From the NCBI GenBank assembly GCA_041320535.1, contig JBGLNH010000001.1, forward strand, positions 2,106,490-2,170,489: 64,000 bases of DNA, in the 5' to 3' direction. The notes beneath the pieces are model-generated. The model worked only from the letters and a program-made list of their open reading frames with translations, was not told the DNA's origin and made no database searches. Shown piece after piece: positions 18,420-33,032 of the stretch. Both the position numbers and the translations under genes were made by a program. Source of the stretch: Candidatus Aminicenantes bacterium (GTDB taxonomy: Bacteria; Acidobacteriota; Aminicenantia; Aminicenantales; Saccharicenantaceae). How positions within the stretch are numbered: the stretch's first letter is position 1; each line of letters opens with the position of its first letter.

Positions 18420-19378
18420 ATGAACGTCCGCATCGTCGGCCGCGTCCTCGGCTTCCTCCTCCTCTTCGTGGGCCTGTTCATGGCCCTGCCGGCGCTCTTC
18501 GCCTGGCACTACGGCGGCGACGACCTCCGGGCCATCCTGATCTCGGCGGGATTGACCGCGGCCGCGGGGGCCGCGCTCGTCGTCGTCTTCCGGGCCAAGG
18601 GCGAGATCCTGGTCCGGGACAGCTTCGCCATCGTCAGCCTGGGGTGGCTCCTGGTCTCCGCGTTCGGCGCCCTGCCGTTCCTCCTCTCGGGCGCCATGCC
18701 CTCGTTCGCCGACGCGTTCTTCGAGAGCATGTCCGGCTTCTCGACGACCGGGGCCAGCGTCCTCGCCCGGGTCGAGGACCTGCCGCACGGGCTGCTCTTC
18801 TGGCGGAGCCTGACCCACTGGCTCGGCGGCATGGGCATCATCATCCTGTCGCTGGCCATCCTGCCCCTGACCGGGGTGGGCGGCACCCAGCTCTACAAGG
18901 TCGAGATGCCCGGGCCCATGCCGGACAAGATCGCGCCGCGCGTCCGCCGGACCGCCACCACCTTGTGGGGGGTCTACGTCCTGCTGACCGCCCTGGAGAC
19001 GCTGCTCCTCCTTCTCGGCGGCCTCGACCTCCACGAGGCGCTCTGCCAGTCGTTCGGGACCATGGCCACCGGCGGATTCTCGACGAGGACCGACTCGATC
19101 GGCGGGTTCGGCAGCCTCTTCGTCGAGGCCGTCGTCGTCGCCTTCATGCTCGCCGCCGGGACGAACTTCACCCTGCATTTCCACGCCTTGCGGGGGAAGG
19201 TCTCGTCCTACTGGAAGAGCGAGGAGTTCAGGTTCTATCTGGGGATCGTGGCCGTCTTCGCCGTCCTGCTGACGGTCGACAACGTCGTCGCCGGGACCTA
19301 CAAGGCGGCCGAGGCGGCCCGCCACGCCGTCTTCCAGACCGTCTCCATCACCACGACGACGGGATTCGCGACGGCGAT
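18420..19378 (+). CDS. trkH: Trk potassium uptake membrane subunit TrkH, N-terminal ~320 aa (truncated)
   Basis: [36 protein letters not shown] and [13 protein letters not shown]. The reading frame then continues without a stop into rpoC sequence. Confidence 0.8.
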
Positions 19379-19384
19379 CGTCAC

Positions 19385-23108
<3,724 letters not shown>

Positions 23109-25183
23109 CGGCGGTCGCGCTGGCCGCCGCCGGCGCGGCCGCGTGGCTCTGGATCGTCCCCTGCCTCCAGCCGCCGCGCCGCGAAGGGCCGCCCCTCGTC
23201 GCGGTCCTGTACGCCGTCAACAACACCGGCGACAAGGGCCTGGACGGCGAGCTGCGGTGGGGCATCGCGCACCACCTGAGCACGTTCCTCAACCAGTCCC
23301 GGTATCTCCGGGTCCTGCGGCAGGACCGCCTGATGCAGATCCTCACGGACATGGGCAAGCTCGACGAGGAGTTCCACCTCTCCAAGACGCTGGACAGGAT
23401 CTCGGAGGCCACGAACATCGGCTATTTCATCCTGCCGAGCTTCGCCAGGACGGGCGACGACCTCTGGGTCAGCTCGTCGGTGGTCCGGGCGAGGACGGAC
23501 GTGGCCATCGGCGAGCCCGACACCGACAAGGGGAACAAGGACCGCGATCTCTTGGCCATGCTGGAGAGGCTCAGCCAGAAGGCTAAAGCCAAGCTCGACC
23601 TGTCGCCCGAGGAGATCGCCGGCGACTTCAACCAGAGCCTCGACCGGATCACGACGACCTCGCCCGAGGCCCTGCGCCACTACACCGACGGCGAGAAGCT
23701 CTACGCCCGGAGCGACTTCGCCTCCAGCGTCAAGGCCCTGGAGCTGGCGGTCCGCGAGGACCCCGGCTTCGCCATGGCCTACCTGAGAATGGCCGACAGC
23801 TACGAGTATCTGGGCGACTACGCCAAGCGGATGGCCGTCCTCCAGAAGGCCCAGTCGCTCACGGACCGGGTGTCCATCAGGGACCGCTATCTCATCCAGG
23901 GCTACTCGTCCTCCGTCCTCGACGAATCGCCCGCCGCGGCGATCGAAAGCTACCGCAAGCTGATCGAGCTCTATCCCGACGACAAAGAGGCCCGCGGCTT
24001 CCTCGGGGCCATCTACCGCAATCTCGAGGAGTGGGACGAGGCCCTCGCGGAGTTCGACCGGATCCTCGAGCTCGATCCCGAGGACTCGATCGCCCTGGAG
24101 AACAAGGCCTTCATCCATACGGCCCTGGGCCGCTACGACAAGGCCGTCGAGATCTGCCAGGACCGGCCCGGCGCTTCCCGGGAGAACCCCTTCTTCGTCA
24201 GGCAGGCCCCTCTCGTCCACCTCATCCGGGGCCGCTTCGACCTCGCCGCGCCCGCGCTCGAGAAGGCCGCGGCCCAATTGCCGGAAAGCCCGGACATCCT
24301 CGCGCTTCAGGGCCACTTCCATCACCTCCACGGCGATCTCGCCGCCGCGGAGAGCCTCTACGCCCGGCTGCGGGAGACCGGCGAGTCGCCCGAAGCCGAG
24401 AGGCCGGACTTGAGGGGAAGGATCTGGTCCGCCTATCTCTCGGTCCAAAGAGGCCGGTTCGGTCAGGCGCTGGACGACATCCGAAAAGGGACCGAGCTGG
24501 CCCGCCGCTCGCGCCTGATCTACGACGAATACGACCTGCTCCTGCTCCAAGCCCGGATCGAGCTCCGCCTCGGCCGCTGCGAGGAGGCGGCTCGAACCCT
24601 GGGGACGGTCTCGGCGCTGGAGCGGGACACCCCCGTCTGGATGGTCAAGCGGTCGGTCCTGTTCCTCCGGGGCCTGGCCGAGGTCGGGGAGGGCCTGCTT
24701 CTCGAAGCGAAGCGCACGGGCGAGGAGCTGCGCCTGGCCCTGGAGCGGTCGGGCCCCCGCCATCAGATGAGGAGCCACGACTACCTCCTGGGTCGGATCG
24801 CGCTGGCGGAGGGCCGGTCCGACCAGGCCATTCGTCATTTCGAGCGGGCCCTGGCCTCGCTGCCCCGCCAGAGAGAGGTCAGCGACGAGCAGGCCTTCTT
24901 CATGGACGGGTTGGCCGACGCGCTCTATCGGGCGGGCCGGTGGCGCCGGGCGGCGGAAACCTGCCGCCGGATCGCCGCTCTGACGACTGGCCGGCTGAGA
25001 TGGGGCGATCTCTACGCCAAGAGCTTCTACAGGCTGGGCAAGATCCACCGGAAGACCGGCGACGCCACGGCGGCCGCGAAGGACTTCGAGGGATTCCTGC
25101 GGCTCTGGGAGAACGCCGATCCCGGGCTCCCGGAGGTCGTGGAAGCCCGCGAGCAGCTCGCAGAGCTGAACAAGGGCCGCTAG
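23109..25183 (+). CDS. TM-anchored TPR-repeat protein, N-terminus missing (resembles the C-terminal part of TPR-containing sensor kinases)
   Basis: [18 protein letters not shown] segment, then [33 protein letters not shown]. Multiple TPR-like repeats follow ([17 protein letters not shown].., [30 protein letters not shown]..). Natural stop at 25181-25183. Confidence 0.7.
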
Positions 25184-25186
25184 GTT

Positions 25187-26350
25187 CTAGCCGGCGCTTT
25201 GGCTTCCCAGCCTGCCGAGAAGCCGCCGCCTGGCCGCGGTAAGGATCCTCGCTCTCCGGCACCCGTCGCCGGAGATCCGCCCGATCTCGCCCGAGGCCAG
25301 CCCGGCGGACAACGGGCATACCCAGCACCCTTCGACGTCGGCGCACGTCTCGCAGGGCCCCGCCGGCGTCGAGAAGCGGTCCATCCGGAGCCGGCCGTAA
25401 GCCGGGATCGTCGCCGCGTAGGCCGCCGGCGGGTCCTTGGCGAAGGTCTCGACGTCTCCGAAACAGAATTCCCGCGGACCCGAGGTCCCCGATCCGTCGC
25501 GCCGGTAGTGCGCGAAGACGGCGCAGCCCCAGATCGTCCCCTGGGCCGAGACGGCCATCCGGTCGACGCCGGCCGGGCAATAGCGGATCCCGGGGCGCGC
25601 CTCCCCGGCCAGGGAGGCCCAAGGGACTTCGCGCGGGTCATCGAAACGGGAGACGAGAAGGTCCGCCACGCGGTCCATCTCCTCCTCCAGCCGGAGCAGG
25701 GCGGCCGGCGGCCACGGGGACTGGGGGGCGAAGGTGATCTCGAAGCGCGGCACTCCCAGCCCCAGGAGGAGCTCCACGGACCCGGAGAGGAGGCCGATCG
25801 TCTCGGCGGTGAAGACGCTGTTGGTCTCGAGCGACAGCCGCGGATCGTCGAGGACGCGCCGGACGACCCCGGCCAGACGGTCGCCGGTCCCCGCCTTTCT
25901 GGAGACGTCCTGGGCCAGCCCGTCGAAGCTCAGCTCGATCTTGAAGCCCTCGCGGGCCAGGAACTCGAGGGTCTCTCCGTCGAGCAGGCTGCCGTTGGTG
26001 ACGACCGAGAACGTGATGCCGCGGCCGTCCGGCGGCGGCACGGAGCGGAACCGTTCGACGGCCGATCGGACCGCGTCCAGCTCGAGGAGCGGTTCGCCGC
26101 CGTAGAACGTGACGAGGCAATCCCGGTCGAGGTAGGGCCGGAAGATATCGACGGCCCGGGCCAGCGCGGCCGGGGCCAGGCGGTCCGTGCCTCGGCCTTC
26201 GTAGCAGTAAGAGCAGTCGAAGTTGCAGCGGTCGGTCAGGATGAAGGCCAGGTTCTCGAACCGGGCCGCCTCGATGGAACGCGCCCTGAAAAGGCGGGGG
26301 CGTTCGAGTCGCCCGGACCGGCGCGGGGGTTCCCCACGCGGACCCCTCGA
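25187..26350 (-). CDS. Radical SAM enzyme with SPASM-type C-terminal Cys cluster (peptide-maturase-like); start undefined
   Basis: FILTDRCNFDCSYCYEG (CX3CX2C) lies at ~26200-26230. The C-terminus carries CPAGVDRMAVSAQGTIWGC...GPCETCADVEGCWVCP. No ATG, GTG or TTG is in frame between the upstream ORF stop and the Cys motif. Confidence 0.8.
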   Translation of the reverse strand, partial: SRGPRGEPPRRSGRLERPRLFRARSIEAARFENLAFILTDRCNFDCSYCYEGRGTDRLAPAALARAVDIFRPYLDRDCLVTFYGGEPLLELDAVRSAVERFRSVPPPDGRGITFSVVTNGSLLDGETLEFLAREGFKIELSFDGLAQDVSRKAGTGDRLAGVVRRVLDDPRLSLETNSVFTAETIGLLSGSVELLLGLGVPRFEITFAPQSPWPPAALLRLEEEMDRVADLLVSRFDDPREVPWASLAGEARPGIRYCPAGVDRMAVSAQGTIWGCAVFAHYRRDGSGTSGPREFCFGDVETFAKDPPAAYAATIPAYGRLRMDRFSTPAGPCETCADVEGCWVCPLSAGLASGEIGRISGDGCRRARILTAARRRLLGRLGSQSAG

Positions 26351-26364
26351 GCTGTGATCCAGCT

Positions 26365-26610
26365 TTACCTCATCTGCGTCTTCATCGTGCAGCTGCGGCT
26401 CGACGCGTCGTACATGGTGTCGAGGATCGTCTGGTAGTCGTTCGCGGCGGCGTCGAGCCTGGACGGGCTGGAGTGCCGGAAGAAGGCCTCGATCGCCGCG
26501 GCGCGCGCTTCCAGCGAGAGCTTGGGCCATCTCTCCTGCAATTCCCTGAGGTCGATGAGGAATTGCCCGACGCTGTCGAAAAGGGCGGGAAGATTGGTGG
26601 TATGGTGCAT
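26365..26610 (-). CDS. 81-aa protein directly upstream of the radical SAM gene (candidate precursor or partner, or a frameshifted N-terminal domain)
   Basis: MHHTTNLPALFDSVGQFLIDLRELQERWPKLSLEARAAAIEAFF...DTMYDASSRSCTMKTQMR has a balanced, protein-like composition. AGGAGG precedes the ATG and a near-consensus promoter lies upstream. Confidence 0.6.
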   Translation of the reverse strand: MHHTTNLPALFDSVGQFLIDLRELQERWPKLSLEARAAAIEAFFRHSSPSRLDAAANDYQTILDTMYDASSRSCTMKTQMR

Positions 26611-26644
26611 TGGTCACCCCTCCTAAGACTGCGGATCTAAATGA

Positions 26645-26673
26645 CTTATAAGCCAACATTTGAGGTTTGTCAA
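26645..26673 (-). promoter_or_regulatory. Sigma-70-type promoter TTGACA-N17-TATAAG driving the 81-aa ORF and radical SAM gene
   Basis: On the minus strand, TTGACA is the complement of 26668-26673 and TATAAG the complement of 26645-26650. It sits in an AT-rich intergenic island. Confidence 0.6.
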
Positions 26674-26755
26674 GTGCGTATGATAAAATCAGGTCAAGCG
26701 GCAAAGGAACAACGCCCGGGCGATCCGGGCTTGTATCTCAGACAGGAGGGGGATC

Positions 26756-26858
26756 ATGGCCGTCATCATCGGTTCAGTGCTCGTCGCGCTCGGAATCGCC
26801 TATTGCATTATCGGCGCTATCTTCTACTGCAAAACACAAAAAAGCGTGAAGGTGCTTT
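26756..26858 (+). CDS. Small hydrophobic Cys-containing peptide, cut by the junction
   Basis: GGAGGGGG precedes ATG 26756 and the peptide reads MAVIIGSVLVALGIAYCIIGAIFYCKTQKS... Beyond ~26858 the frame is antisense to buk. Confidence 0.35.
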
Positions 26859-26860
26859 TC

Positions 26861-27280
26861 CAAGCGGGCCCAGTCCTCGAGCTCGTCGACGACGACGGGG
26901 TCGACGATGAAGGCGGGCAGGCCGAGCGGGCGGGCGATCTCGTCGGCGATGAGACCGCCCAGGTTGGACGCGTGCTCGCCCTGGACCCCCCGGTAGAGGT
27001 CCTCGAGCATCCGCCCGTTGACCCTGTAGCAGCCGCTCGGGATGGGGTCGAGCAGGCCGCCCCGGCCGACGACGGCCGCGAGGCCCGCCGGGTCGACGGC
27101 CTTCGCGCGGAGCGTCTCGAGCACGATGTCCTTGCGGAAGCCCTTCTGGTCGACGATCCTGGCGAACGGGGCCAGCTCCTCGGCCGAGTGCGCGATGTTC
27201 TCGGACAGGACCTCACGCTCGTCGTCGTAGACGGCGATCTTGGTCGACGTCGAGCCCGGATTGATGATCAGGAGAAGCAT
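26861..27280 (-). CDS. buk: Butyrate kinase, N-terminal ~140 aa only
   Basis: MLLLIINPGSTSTKIAVYDDE...VVGRGGLLDPIPSGCYRVNGRMLEDL...GEHASNLGGLIADEIA...PAFIVDPVVVDELEDWAR, followed by non-homologous sequence. Confidence 0.8.
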
Positions 27281-27295
27281 GGCTCGACCGCGGGC

Positions 27296-28273
27296 TCAGG
27301 CCATCAGGCTGCAGATGGCCGCGACGTTGACCATGTCGTCGGCCGAGCAGCCGCGGCTGAGGTCGCAGTAGGGCTTGTTGAGCCCCTGGACGATCGGCCC
27401 GACGGCCTCGGCCCCGGCCAGCCGCTCGGTCAGCTTGTAGCCGATGTTGCCGGCGTCGAGGTCGGGGAAGACGAGGACGTTGGCCTTGCCGGCGACGGGG
27501 CTGCCCTTGCACTTGCGCTCGCCGATCGAGGCCACGAGGGCGGCGTCGGCCTGCATCTCGCCGTCGAGGAGCAGGTTCGGCGCCTTCTCCCGGGCGATCT
27601 TCGTGGCGCTGACGACCTTGTCGACGTCGGCGTGGGAGGCCGAGCCTTTGGTCGAGAAGGACAGCATGGCCACGCGGGGCTCCTGGCCGGTCACGGCCTG
27701 GAAGTTCTTGGCCGAGGAGATGGCGATGTCGGCCAGCTGGACGTCGGTCGGGTTGGGCACGACGGCGCAGTCGGCGTAGCAGAGGAGCTTCTCCGGGAAG
27801 ACCATGACGAAGTAGCTCGAGACGGTCGAGATGCCGGGGGTGGTCCCGACGGTGTGGATGGCCGCCCGGATGACGTCGCCGGTCGAGGACAGGTTGCCGC
27901 CGACGACGGCGCCGACCTTGTCCGTGGCCAGGAGGAGCCCGGCGTAGTAGAGGGGGCTCTTGGCCAGCTCGCCGGCCTGCTCGAGCGTCAGGCCCTTGGC
28001 CTTGCGCTTCTCGAAGAGGACGTTGACGAGCTCGGCCTTGCGGGCGTCGGTCGCCGGGTCGATCACGGGGACGGCCCCGATATCGAGCTTGTTGTCCGCG
28101 GCGATCTTCTCGATGGCGGCCTTGGGGCCGACGAGACAGGGGTCGGCGATGCCCTTGGCCTTGAGCGTCAGGGCCGCCTGGAGGGTCCGGACGTCCTCGG
28201 CGTCGGGGAAGGCCACCTTGAGGAACTTCTTCGAGGCCTTGTCGCGGATGTCCTGAATGAAGGTATTGCCCAT
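27296..28273 (-). CDS. pta: Phosphate acetyl/butyryl-transferase
   Basis: Starts at ATG 28273 ([34 protein letters not shown]...). Also ..[11 protein letters not shown].., ..[10 protein letters not shown].. and ..[15 protein letters not shown]. Confidence 0.85.
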   Translation of the reverse strand: MGNTFIQDIRDKASKKFLKVAFPDAEDVRTLQAALTLKAKGIADPCLVGPKAAIEKIAADNKLDIGAVPVIDPATDARKAELVNVLFEKRKAKGLTLEQAGELAKSPLYYAGLLLATDKVGAVVGGNLSSTGDVIRAAIHTVGTTPGISTVSSYFVMVFPEKLLCYADCAVVPNPTDVQLADIAISSAKNFQAVTGQEPRVAMLSFSTKGSASHADVDKVVSATKIAREKAPNLLLDGEMQADAALVASIGERKCKGSPVAGKANVLVFPDLDAGNIGYKLTERLAGAEAVGPIVQGLNKPYCDLSRGCSADDMVNVAAICSLMA

Positions 28274-28307
28274 GGAGTGCTCCTTAGAGAGATGATCCGG
28301 AAGGCTT

Positions 28308-28336
28308 TTTATACTCCAGGGTCGCCACCCTGTCAA
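28308..28336 (-). promoter_or_regulatory. Promoter for pta (TTGACA-N17-TATAAA on the minus strand)
   Basis: TTGACA is the complement of 28331-28336 and TATAAA the complement of 28308-28313. Confidence 0.5.
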
Positions 28337-28360
28337 CCCCGCCCGCGGCCCCGCCGAGCC

Positions 28361-28389
28361 TTGACTTTTCGGGGCTTCGGAGAGAAAAT
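28361..28389 (+). promoter_or_regulatory. Promoter for ackA (TTGACT-N17-GAAAAT)
   Basis: TTGACT at 28361-28366 and GAAAAT at 28384-28389. AAGGAG precedes ATG 28432. Confidence 0.45.
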
Positions 28390-28431
28390 AGACCTTCGAT
28401 TTTCGCTTCGGATCTTCATAAGGAGTCGTCC

Positions 28432-29775
28432 ATGATCATCCTGTCCCTGAATTGCGGCAGCTCGTCCGCCAAGTACCGTCTTTACGACTACGACAAGAAA
28501 GAGACCCTGGCCACGGGCATCGTCGAGCGCGTGACCGTCGGCAAAAGCTACATCCAGCAGTCCGGGCTGGGCCGGGAGCCGATCAAGCTCGACCACGAGT
28601 GCCCGACCCACAAGGAGGCCATCAAGCTCATCATCGACACCCTCCTCGACCCCAAGATCGGCGTCATCGACGACCTCAAGAAGATCTCGGCCGTCGGCCA
28701 CCGCGTCGTCCACGGCGGCGAGAAGTTCACCAAGTCGGTCAAGATCGCCCCCGAGACGATCGAGACGTTCAAGAGCCTCTACGGCCTGGCCCCCCTGCAC
28801 AATCCGCCCAACGTCCTGGGCATAGAGGCCGCGCTCGAGGTCCTGCCCGGCATCCCTCACGTCGCCATCATGGACACGGCCTGGCACCAGACCATGCCGG
28901 CCAGCGCCTACATGTACGCCCTGCCCTACGAGTGGTACGAGAAGTACGGCGTCCGGCGCTACGGCTTCCACGGCACGTCGTTCCTCTACGTCGCCAAGCG
29001 GGCCGCGCTGCTCCTCGGCAAGGACCCCTTCGACTGCAACCTCGTCTGCCTCCACATCGGCAACGGCGTCTCGGCCAACGCCATCAGGAAGGGCGTGTCC
29101 TTCGACACGAGCATGGGCCTGACCCCCCTCGAGGGGCTGGTCATGGGCACCCGGGCCGGCGACCACGACGCGGCCATCGACCTGATGATGATGGAGAAGG
29201 AGGGCATCGCCCCGGGCAAGATGAACGACCTCCTCAACAAGAAGTCGGGCCTGCTCGGCATCACCGGCAAGTTCACCGACCGCCGCGACGTCCAGAACGC
29301 CGCCGAGGCCGGCGACGAACGGGCCAGGCTGGCCATCGAGGTCGAGGCCTACCGGATCAAGAAATACATCGGGGCCTACTCCGCGGCCATCGGCGGCGCC
29401 GATGCCGTCGTCTTCACCGCGGGCGTCGGGGAGATGTCCGACCTCATCCGCGAGAAGTCGCTCGAGGGCCTCGAGTTCCTGGGCATCAAGCTGGACAAGG
29501 CCAAGAACAAGCTGGCCAAGACCCGCAACGCCGAGACCGAGATCTCGGCCGACGACTCCAAGGTCAAGGTCTTCGTCATCCCGACCGACGAGGAGCGGGT
29601 CAACATCGAGGACGTCATCGGCATCCTCCAGGGCACCTACGACGAGCACACCCGCTTCGCCTACCGCTTCCAGTCGCCCGAGTACGTCAACTCCCAGCGG
29701 GAGCAGGACTTCGCCAAGGAGTGCGAGGCCAAGCCCGGGCTCAAGGCGATCCAGGTCAAGCCCAAGAAGCGGTAA
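28432..29775 (+). CDS. ackA: Acetate kinase
   Basis: [20 protein letters not shown]..., HRVVHGG, GFHGTS and TDEE motifs. Length 447 aa. Confidence 0.9.
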   Translation: MIILSLNCGSSSAKYRLYDYDKKETLATGIVERVTVGKSYIQQSGLGREPIKLDHECPTHKEAIKLIIDTLLDPKIGVIDDLKKISAVGHRVVHGGEKFTKSVKIAPETIETFKSLYGLAPLHNPPNVLGIEAALEVLPGIPHVAIMDTAWHQTMPASAYMYALPYEWYEKYGVRRYGFHGTSFLYVAKRAALLLGKDPFDCNLVCLHIGNGVSANAIRKGVSFDTSMGLTPLEGLVMGTRAGDHDAAIDLMMMEKEGIAPGKMNDLLNKKSGLLGITGKFTDRRDVQNAAEAGDERARLAIEVEAYRIKKYIGAYSAAIGGADAVVFTAGVGEMSDLIREKSLEGLEFLGIKLDKAKNKLAKTRNAETEISADDSKVKVFVIPTDEERVNIEDVIGILQGTYDEHTRFAYRFQSPEYVNSQREQDFAKECEAKPGLKAIQVKPKKR

Positions 29776-29904
29776 GGATCGTTCGCTTCTCTCCCGGACC
29801 GAAACCCGGAGCCCTCGTTCTTCCGTAGTCTGGATCACGAGGGAGCGGCTTCAGCGACAGGACGGGGGCGCCCTCAGCGAGGCCCCTCCGCGGCCGGGGC
29901 CGCT

Positions 29905-30590
29905 CTACTTCCATTCAGAAACGAGGGCGAGGATGAGGTCCGTCAGGGCCTCGAGATCGCGGCGGTCGATCTTCTCGATCAGGGAGTGCGCGTAGCTGCC
30001 GGGCCAGGACAGGGGGATGTCGACCGCGCCCCCGGCCAGGAAGACCGAGCCGTCGTTCCCGCCGCGCGAATTGCCGACCTGGACGGGGATGCCGCGCTTC
30101 CTGGCCAGGGCCAGGACCTTGCGGATCTCCGTTTTGGGGACGACGCTGCTCGAATCGATGGCCCGGACGACGGCCCCGCTGCCGACGGGCAGGAAGGCCA
30201 GGCGCTTGGACTCGACGGGGGAGTCCGTCGAGACGAACGTGTCGACGGCGAAGACGTAGTCCGGCTTGAGGGTCTTGGCCAGCTCGGAGGCGCCGAACAG
30301 GCCGATCTCCTCCTGGACGTCCCAGGCGAAGGTCACCGTACGGCCCTTGATCGTCTCCGGCTTCAGGCGCAGGGCGGCGTCGAGGAGGGCGGCGCAGCCG
30401 GCCCGGTCGTCGACGGCCCGGGCGGCCATGAGCCCCGGGGCGAAGTCGGTGATCGTCTTCTTCGCCGAGACCGGGTCGCCCGGGGCGACGCCGAGCGCGC
30501 GGGCCTCGGCCTCGGAGTGAACGCCGAGGTAGATGTCGAAGCTCTCCGCCGTGAAGGGCGCGTCCGGAGCGTCCGCGCCCGGGCGCGGTG
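29905..30590 (-). CDS. M42-family peptidase (FrvX / glutamyl aminopeptidase-like), C-terminal ~225 aa (N-terminus missing)
   Basis: ..FDIYLGVHSEAEARALGVAPGDPV..RAVDDRAGCAALL..FAWDVQEEIGLFGA..VDTFVS..GGNDGS.. with a natural stop at 29905. Confidence 0.75.
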
Positions 30591-30622
30591 ACGGTCGCCT
30601 TGAGAAAGAGGAAGGAGGCGGC

Positions 30623-31423
30623 GTGAGCGCGCCCCTCGTCGTCGGCGTCGATCTCGGGGGGACGAACGTCCGGGCCGGGCTCGTGGCCGACGGCCGCCTG
30701 GCCGGGGTCCGGTCCGCCCCGGTCCGGAGCCGGGGCTCGATGGAGGACGTCCTCGAGGATCTGTTCGGAGTCCTCGACGCGGTCATGAGGCCCGAGGTGG
30801 CCGGGATCGGCGCCGGCGTCCCCTCGGTCATCGACCTCGCCACGGGCACGGTCTTCGACGTCCAGAACATCCCGTCCTGGAAAGAGGTGCCGCTCCGGGC
30901 GCGGCTCGAGGAGCGCTACGGCCTCCCCGCCTTCGTCAACAACGACGCCAACGCGTTCGCCGCCGGGGAGAAGCGTTTCGGCAAGGCCCGGCCGTACGAC
31001 CACGCCGTGGGCCTCATCGTCGGAACGGGCCTCGGGGCCGGGATCATCGCCAACGGGCGGCTCTACTCGGGGGCGAGCTGCGGCGCCGGCGAGTTCGGCA
31101 TGCTGCCCTACCTCGACCGCGACTTCGAGGCCTACGCCAGCGGGCGGTTCTTCGAGCGGGTTCACGGCGCGAGCGGCCGCGAGCTGGCGGCGCGGGCGGA
31201 GGCCGGCGACGCGGGGGCCCTCGCCGCCTTCGCCGAGTTCGGCCGCCACCTGGGCGAGGCCGTCAAGTCCGTCTGCTACGCCGTCGACCCCGAGATCGTC
31301 GTCCTCGGCGGCTCGGTCAGCAGGTCTTACCGCTTCTTCCGGGCCTCGTTGAAAGAGACCTTCCGGACCTACGCCTACTCGATCGCCCGTGAGCGGCTCC
31401 GGATCGAGGTTTCGGAGACCTAG
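30623..31423 (+). CDS. ROK-family sugar kinase (glucokinase-like)
   Basis: GAAGGAGG at 30611-30618 precedes GTG 30623. Motifs VVGVDLGGTNVRAGL, NDANAFAAGE, GTGLGAGII and GAGEFGM. Confidence 0.8.
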   Translation: MSAPLVVGVDLGGTNVRAGLVADGRLAGVRSAPVRSRGSMEDVLEDLFGVLDAVMRPEVAGIGAGVPSVIDLATGTVFDVQNIPSWKEVPLRARLEERYGLPAFVNNDANAFAAGEKRFGKARPYDHAVGLIVGTGLGAGIIANGRLYSGASCGAGEFGMLPYLDRDFEAYASGRFFERVHGASGRELAARAEAGDAGALAAFAEFGRHLGEAVKSVCYAVDPEIVVLGGSVSRSYRFFRASLKETFRTYAYSIARERLRIEVSET

Positions 31424-31579
31424 GGGATCGCCATCCTCGGCGCCGCCGCCCTTTACTTTGACGCCGCCCGCGGCTAGCCCCCGCCGGGCGAAAATCACCC
31501 CGGGGAGCGCGGGAAATCGCTTGACAGCCTTCGGGGGCAGCGGGTCTAATAGTTGCCGGACCTCACCCCAAGGAGAGCC

Positions 31580-32467
31580 ATGATGACCATGACCGCGCGA
31601 TCAGCCGCAGCGGCCGGGGCCGTCCTCCTCGGATCGCTGGCCGTCCTCGTTTTCGGCCCCGCCGCCGGGTTCGGCCAGGAGGCCCCCAGGCAGGGTCTTT
31701 TCGGCCCCTGGCAGGCCACGGCCGAGGTCAGCTACGTCGTCACGGGAGGCAACACCTCCACGTCGGCCTTCAGCCTGGGGACGTCGTTCACCCGCAAGTG
31801 GACCAAGGACACGCTCCTGTTCAAGGGCTACGTCCTCAACAGCAGCGCCACGACGGTGACCCGGACCGCCCGGGGCACCGAGGACGACTTCGACATCATC
31901 GAGAACAAGGTCACCCAGAAGGTCGCCGAGAGCTATCTCCTGGCCGGACAGTACGACCGCAGGGTCTCGAAGAAGCTGACCATGCAGGCCGCCCTGGGCT
32001 GGGACCGCAACCGCTTCGCCGGCATCGACGACCGGGCCAGCGCCGCGGCCGGCATGGGCTTCGCCTGGGTCGAGAAGGCCGACACCCAGATCAAGACCTC
32101 GGCCGGCCTCACCTACACCTTCCGCAAGTACGTCGGCCTCGACTGGGAGTCGTTCGGCGGCTTCCGCCTGACGGTCAACGCCGACCAGAAGCTGTTCGAG
32201 AGCTCGAAGCTCCAATCCGTGTTCGTGTTCGACAACAACCTCAAGAATTCCTCGGATTGGCGCTTCGACTGGACCAACTCCGTATCGGCCGCGCTCAACA
32301 AGAAGATGGCCCTCAAGGTCGGCCTGAGGACGCTCTACACGAACGAGCCTGCCCTCCAGGGGCTGCCTCTTTTCGACCTCGGCGGACTGCCGACGGGGCT
32401 GACCGTCCACGTCCCCCTGAAGAGGCTGGACACCTTCTTCACGACGTCCATCGTCATCAATTTCTAA
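31580..32467 (+). CDS. DUF481-family outer-membrane beta-barrel protein
   Basis: AAGGAGAG precedes ATG 31580. Signal peptide MMTMTARSAAAAGAVLLGSLAVLVF, alternating beta-strand pattern, terminal ..TSIVINF. Confidence 0.7.
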   Translation: MMTMTARSAAAAGAVLLGSLAVLVFGPAAGFGQEAPRQGLFGPWQATAEVSYVVTGGNTSTSAFSLGTSFTRKWTKDTLLFKGYVLNSSATTVTRTARGTEDDFDIIENKVTQKVAESYLLAGQYDRRVSKKLTMQAALGWDRNRFAGIDDRASAAAGMGFAWVEKADTQIKTSAGLTYTFRKYVGLDWESFGGFRLTVNADQKLFESSKLQSVFVFDNNLKNSSDWRFDWTNSVSAALNKKMALKVGLRTLYTNEPALQGLPLFDLGGLPTGLTVHVPLKRLDTFFTTSIVINF

Positions 32468-32591
32468 GAAGGCCTCGGGGTTGCTTCTCGCGGGGCGGAC
32501 CCCACCGACGCCGTTGGCCGAATCCCCCCTTCCTCCCCCCTCGGCCGGGGGGCCCATCATTGATTTGATTCGGAGGCGATTTCCTAGTAAC

Positions 32592-33032
32592 ATGGTCGGG
32601 ATGAAGAAGCGGTATTGGCGGTGTTTCGTCTGCAACGACATCCACAGCGGCATCGCGCCCCCGGAGCTCTGCCCCACCTGTAAGGTCCTCAACGCCTACG
32701 TCGAGATCTCGGCCGCCGAGGCCCGGCAGATCCTCGGCCTCTGCGACGACACGACCCTGACCCCCGGCGAGTTCCGCTCGGCGATCGAGCGGTTCGCCGC
32801 CGCGAACGAGTTCCAGGTCAATCCGGACCGGGAGCGGGTCGACCTGCTCCTCAAGGGCATTTTCGAGAACGAGGGAAGATACGGCCTCAAGTTCTGCCCC
32901 TGCCGGGTCCGGACCAAGAACTGGGACGAGGACCTCAGGATCGTCTGCCCCTGCCATTTCACCATCCACGAGACGTACAAAGGGATCAAGGACGGGGAGT
33001 GCTGGTGCGGCCTCTTCGTCAGGAGGACATGA
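32592..33032 (+). CDS. Ferredoxin-thioredoxin-reductase catalytic-subunit-like protein with an N-terminal rubredoxin-type zinc ribbon
   Basis: WRCFVCNDIH...CPTC at the N-terminus, then KFCPCRVRTKNWDEDLRIVCPCHF...GECWCGLF (a CPC...CPC...CWC array). Confidence 0.7.
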   Translation: MVGMKKRYWRCFVCNDIHSGIAPPELCPTCKVLNAYVEISAAEARQILGLCDDTTLTPGEFRSAIERFAAANEFQVNPDRERVDLLLKGIFENEGRYGLKFCPCRVRTKNWDEDLRIVCPCHFTIHETYKGIKDGECWCGLFVRRT

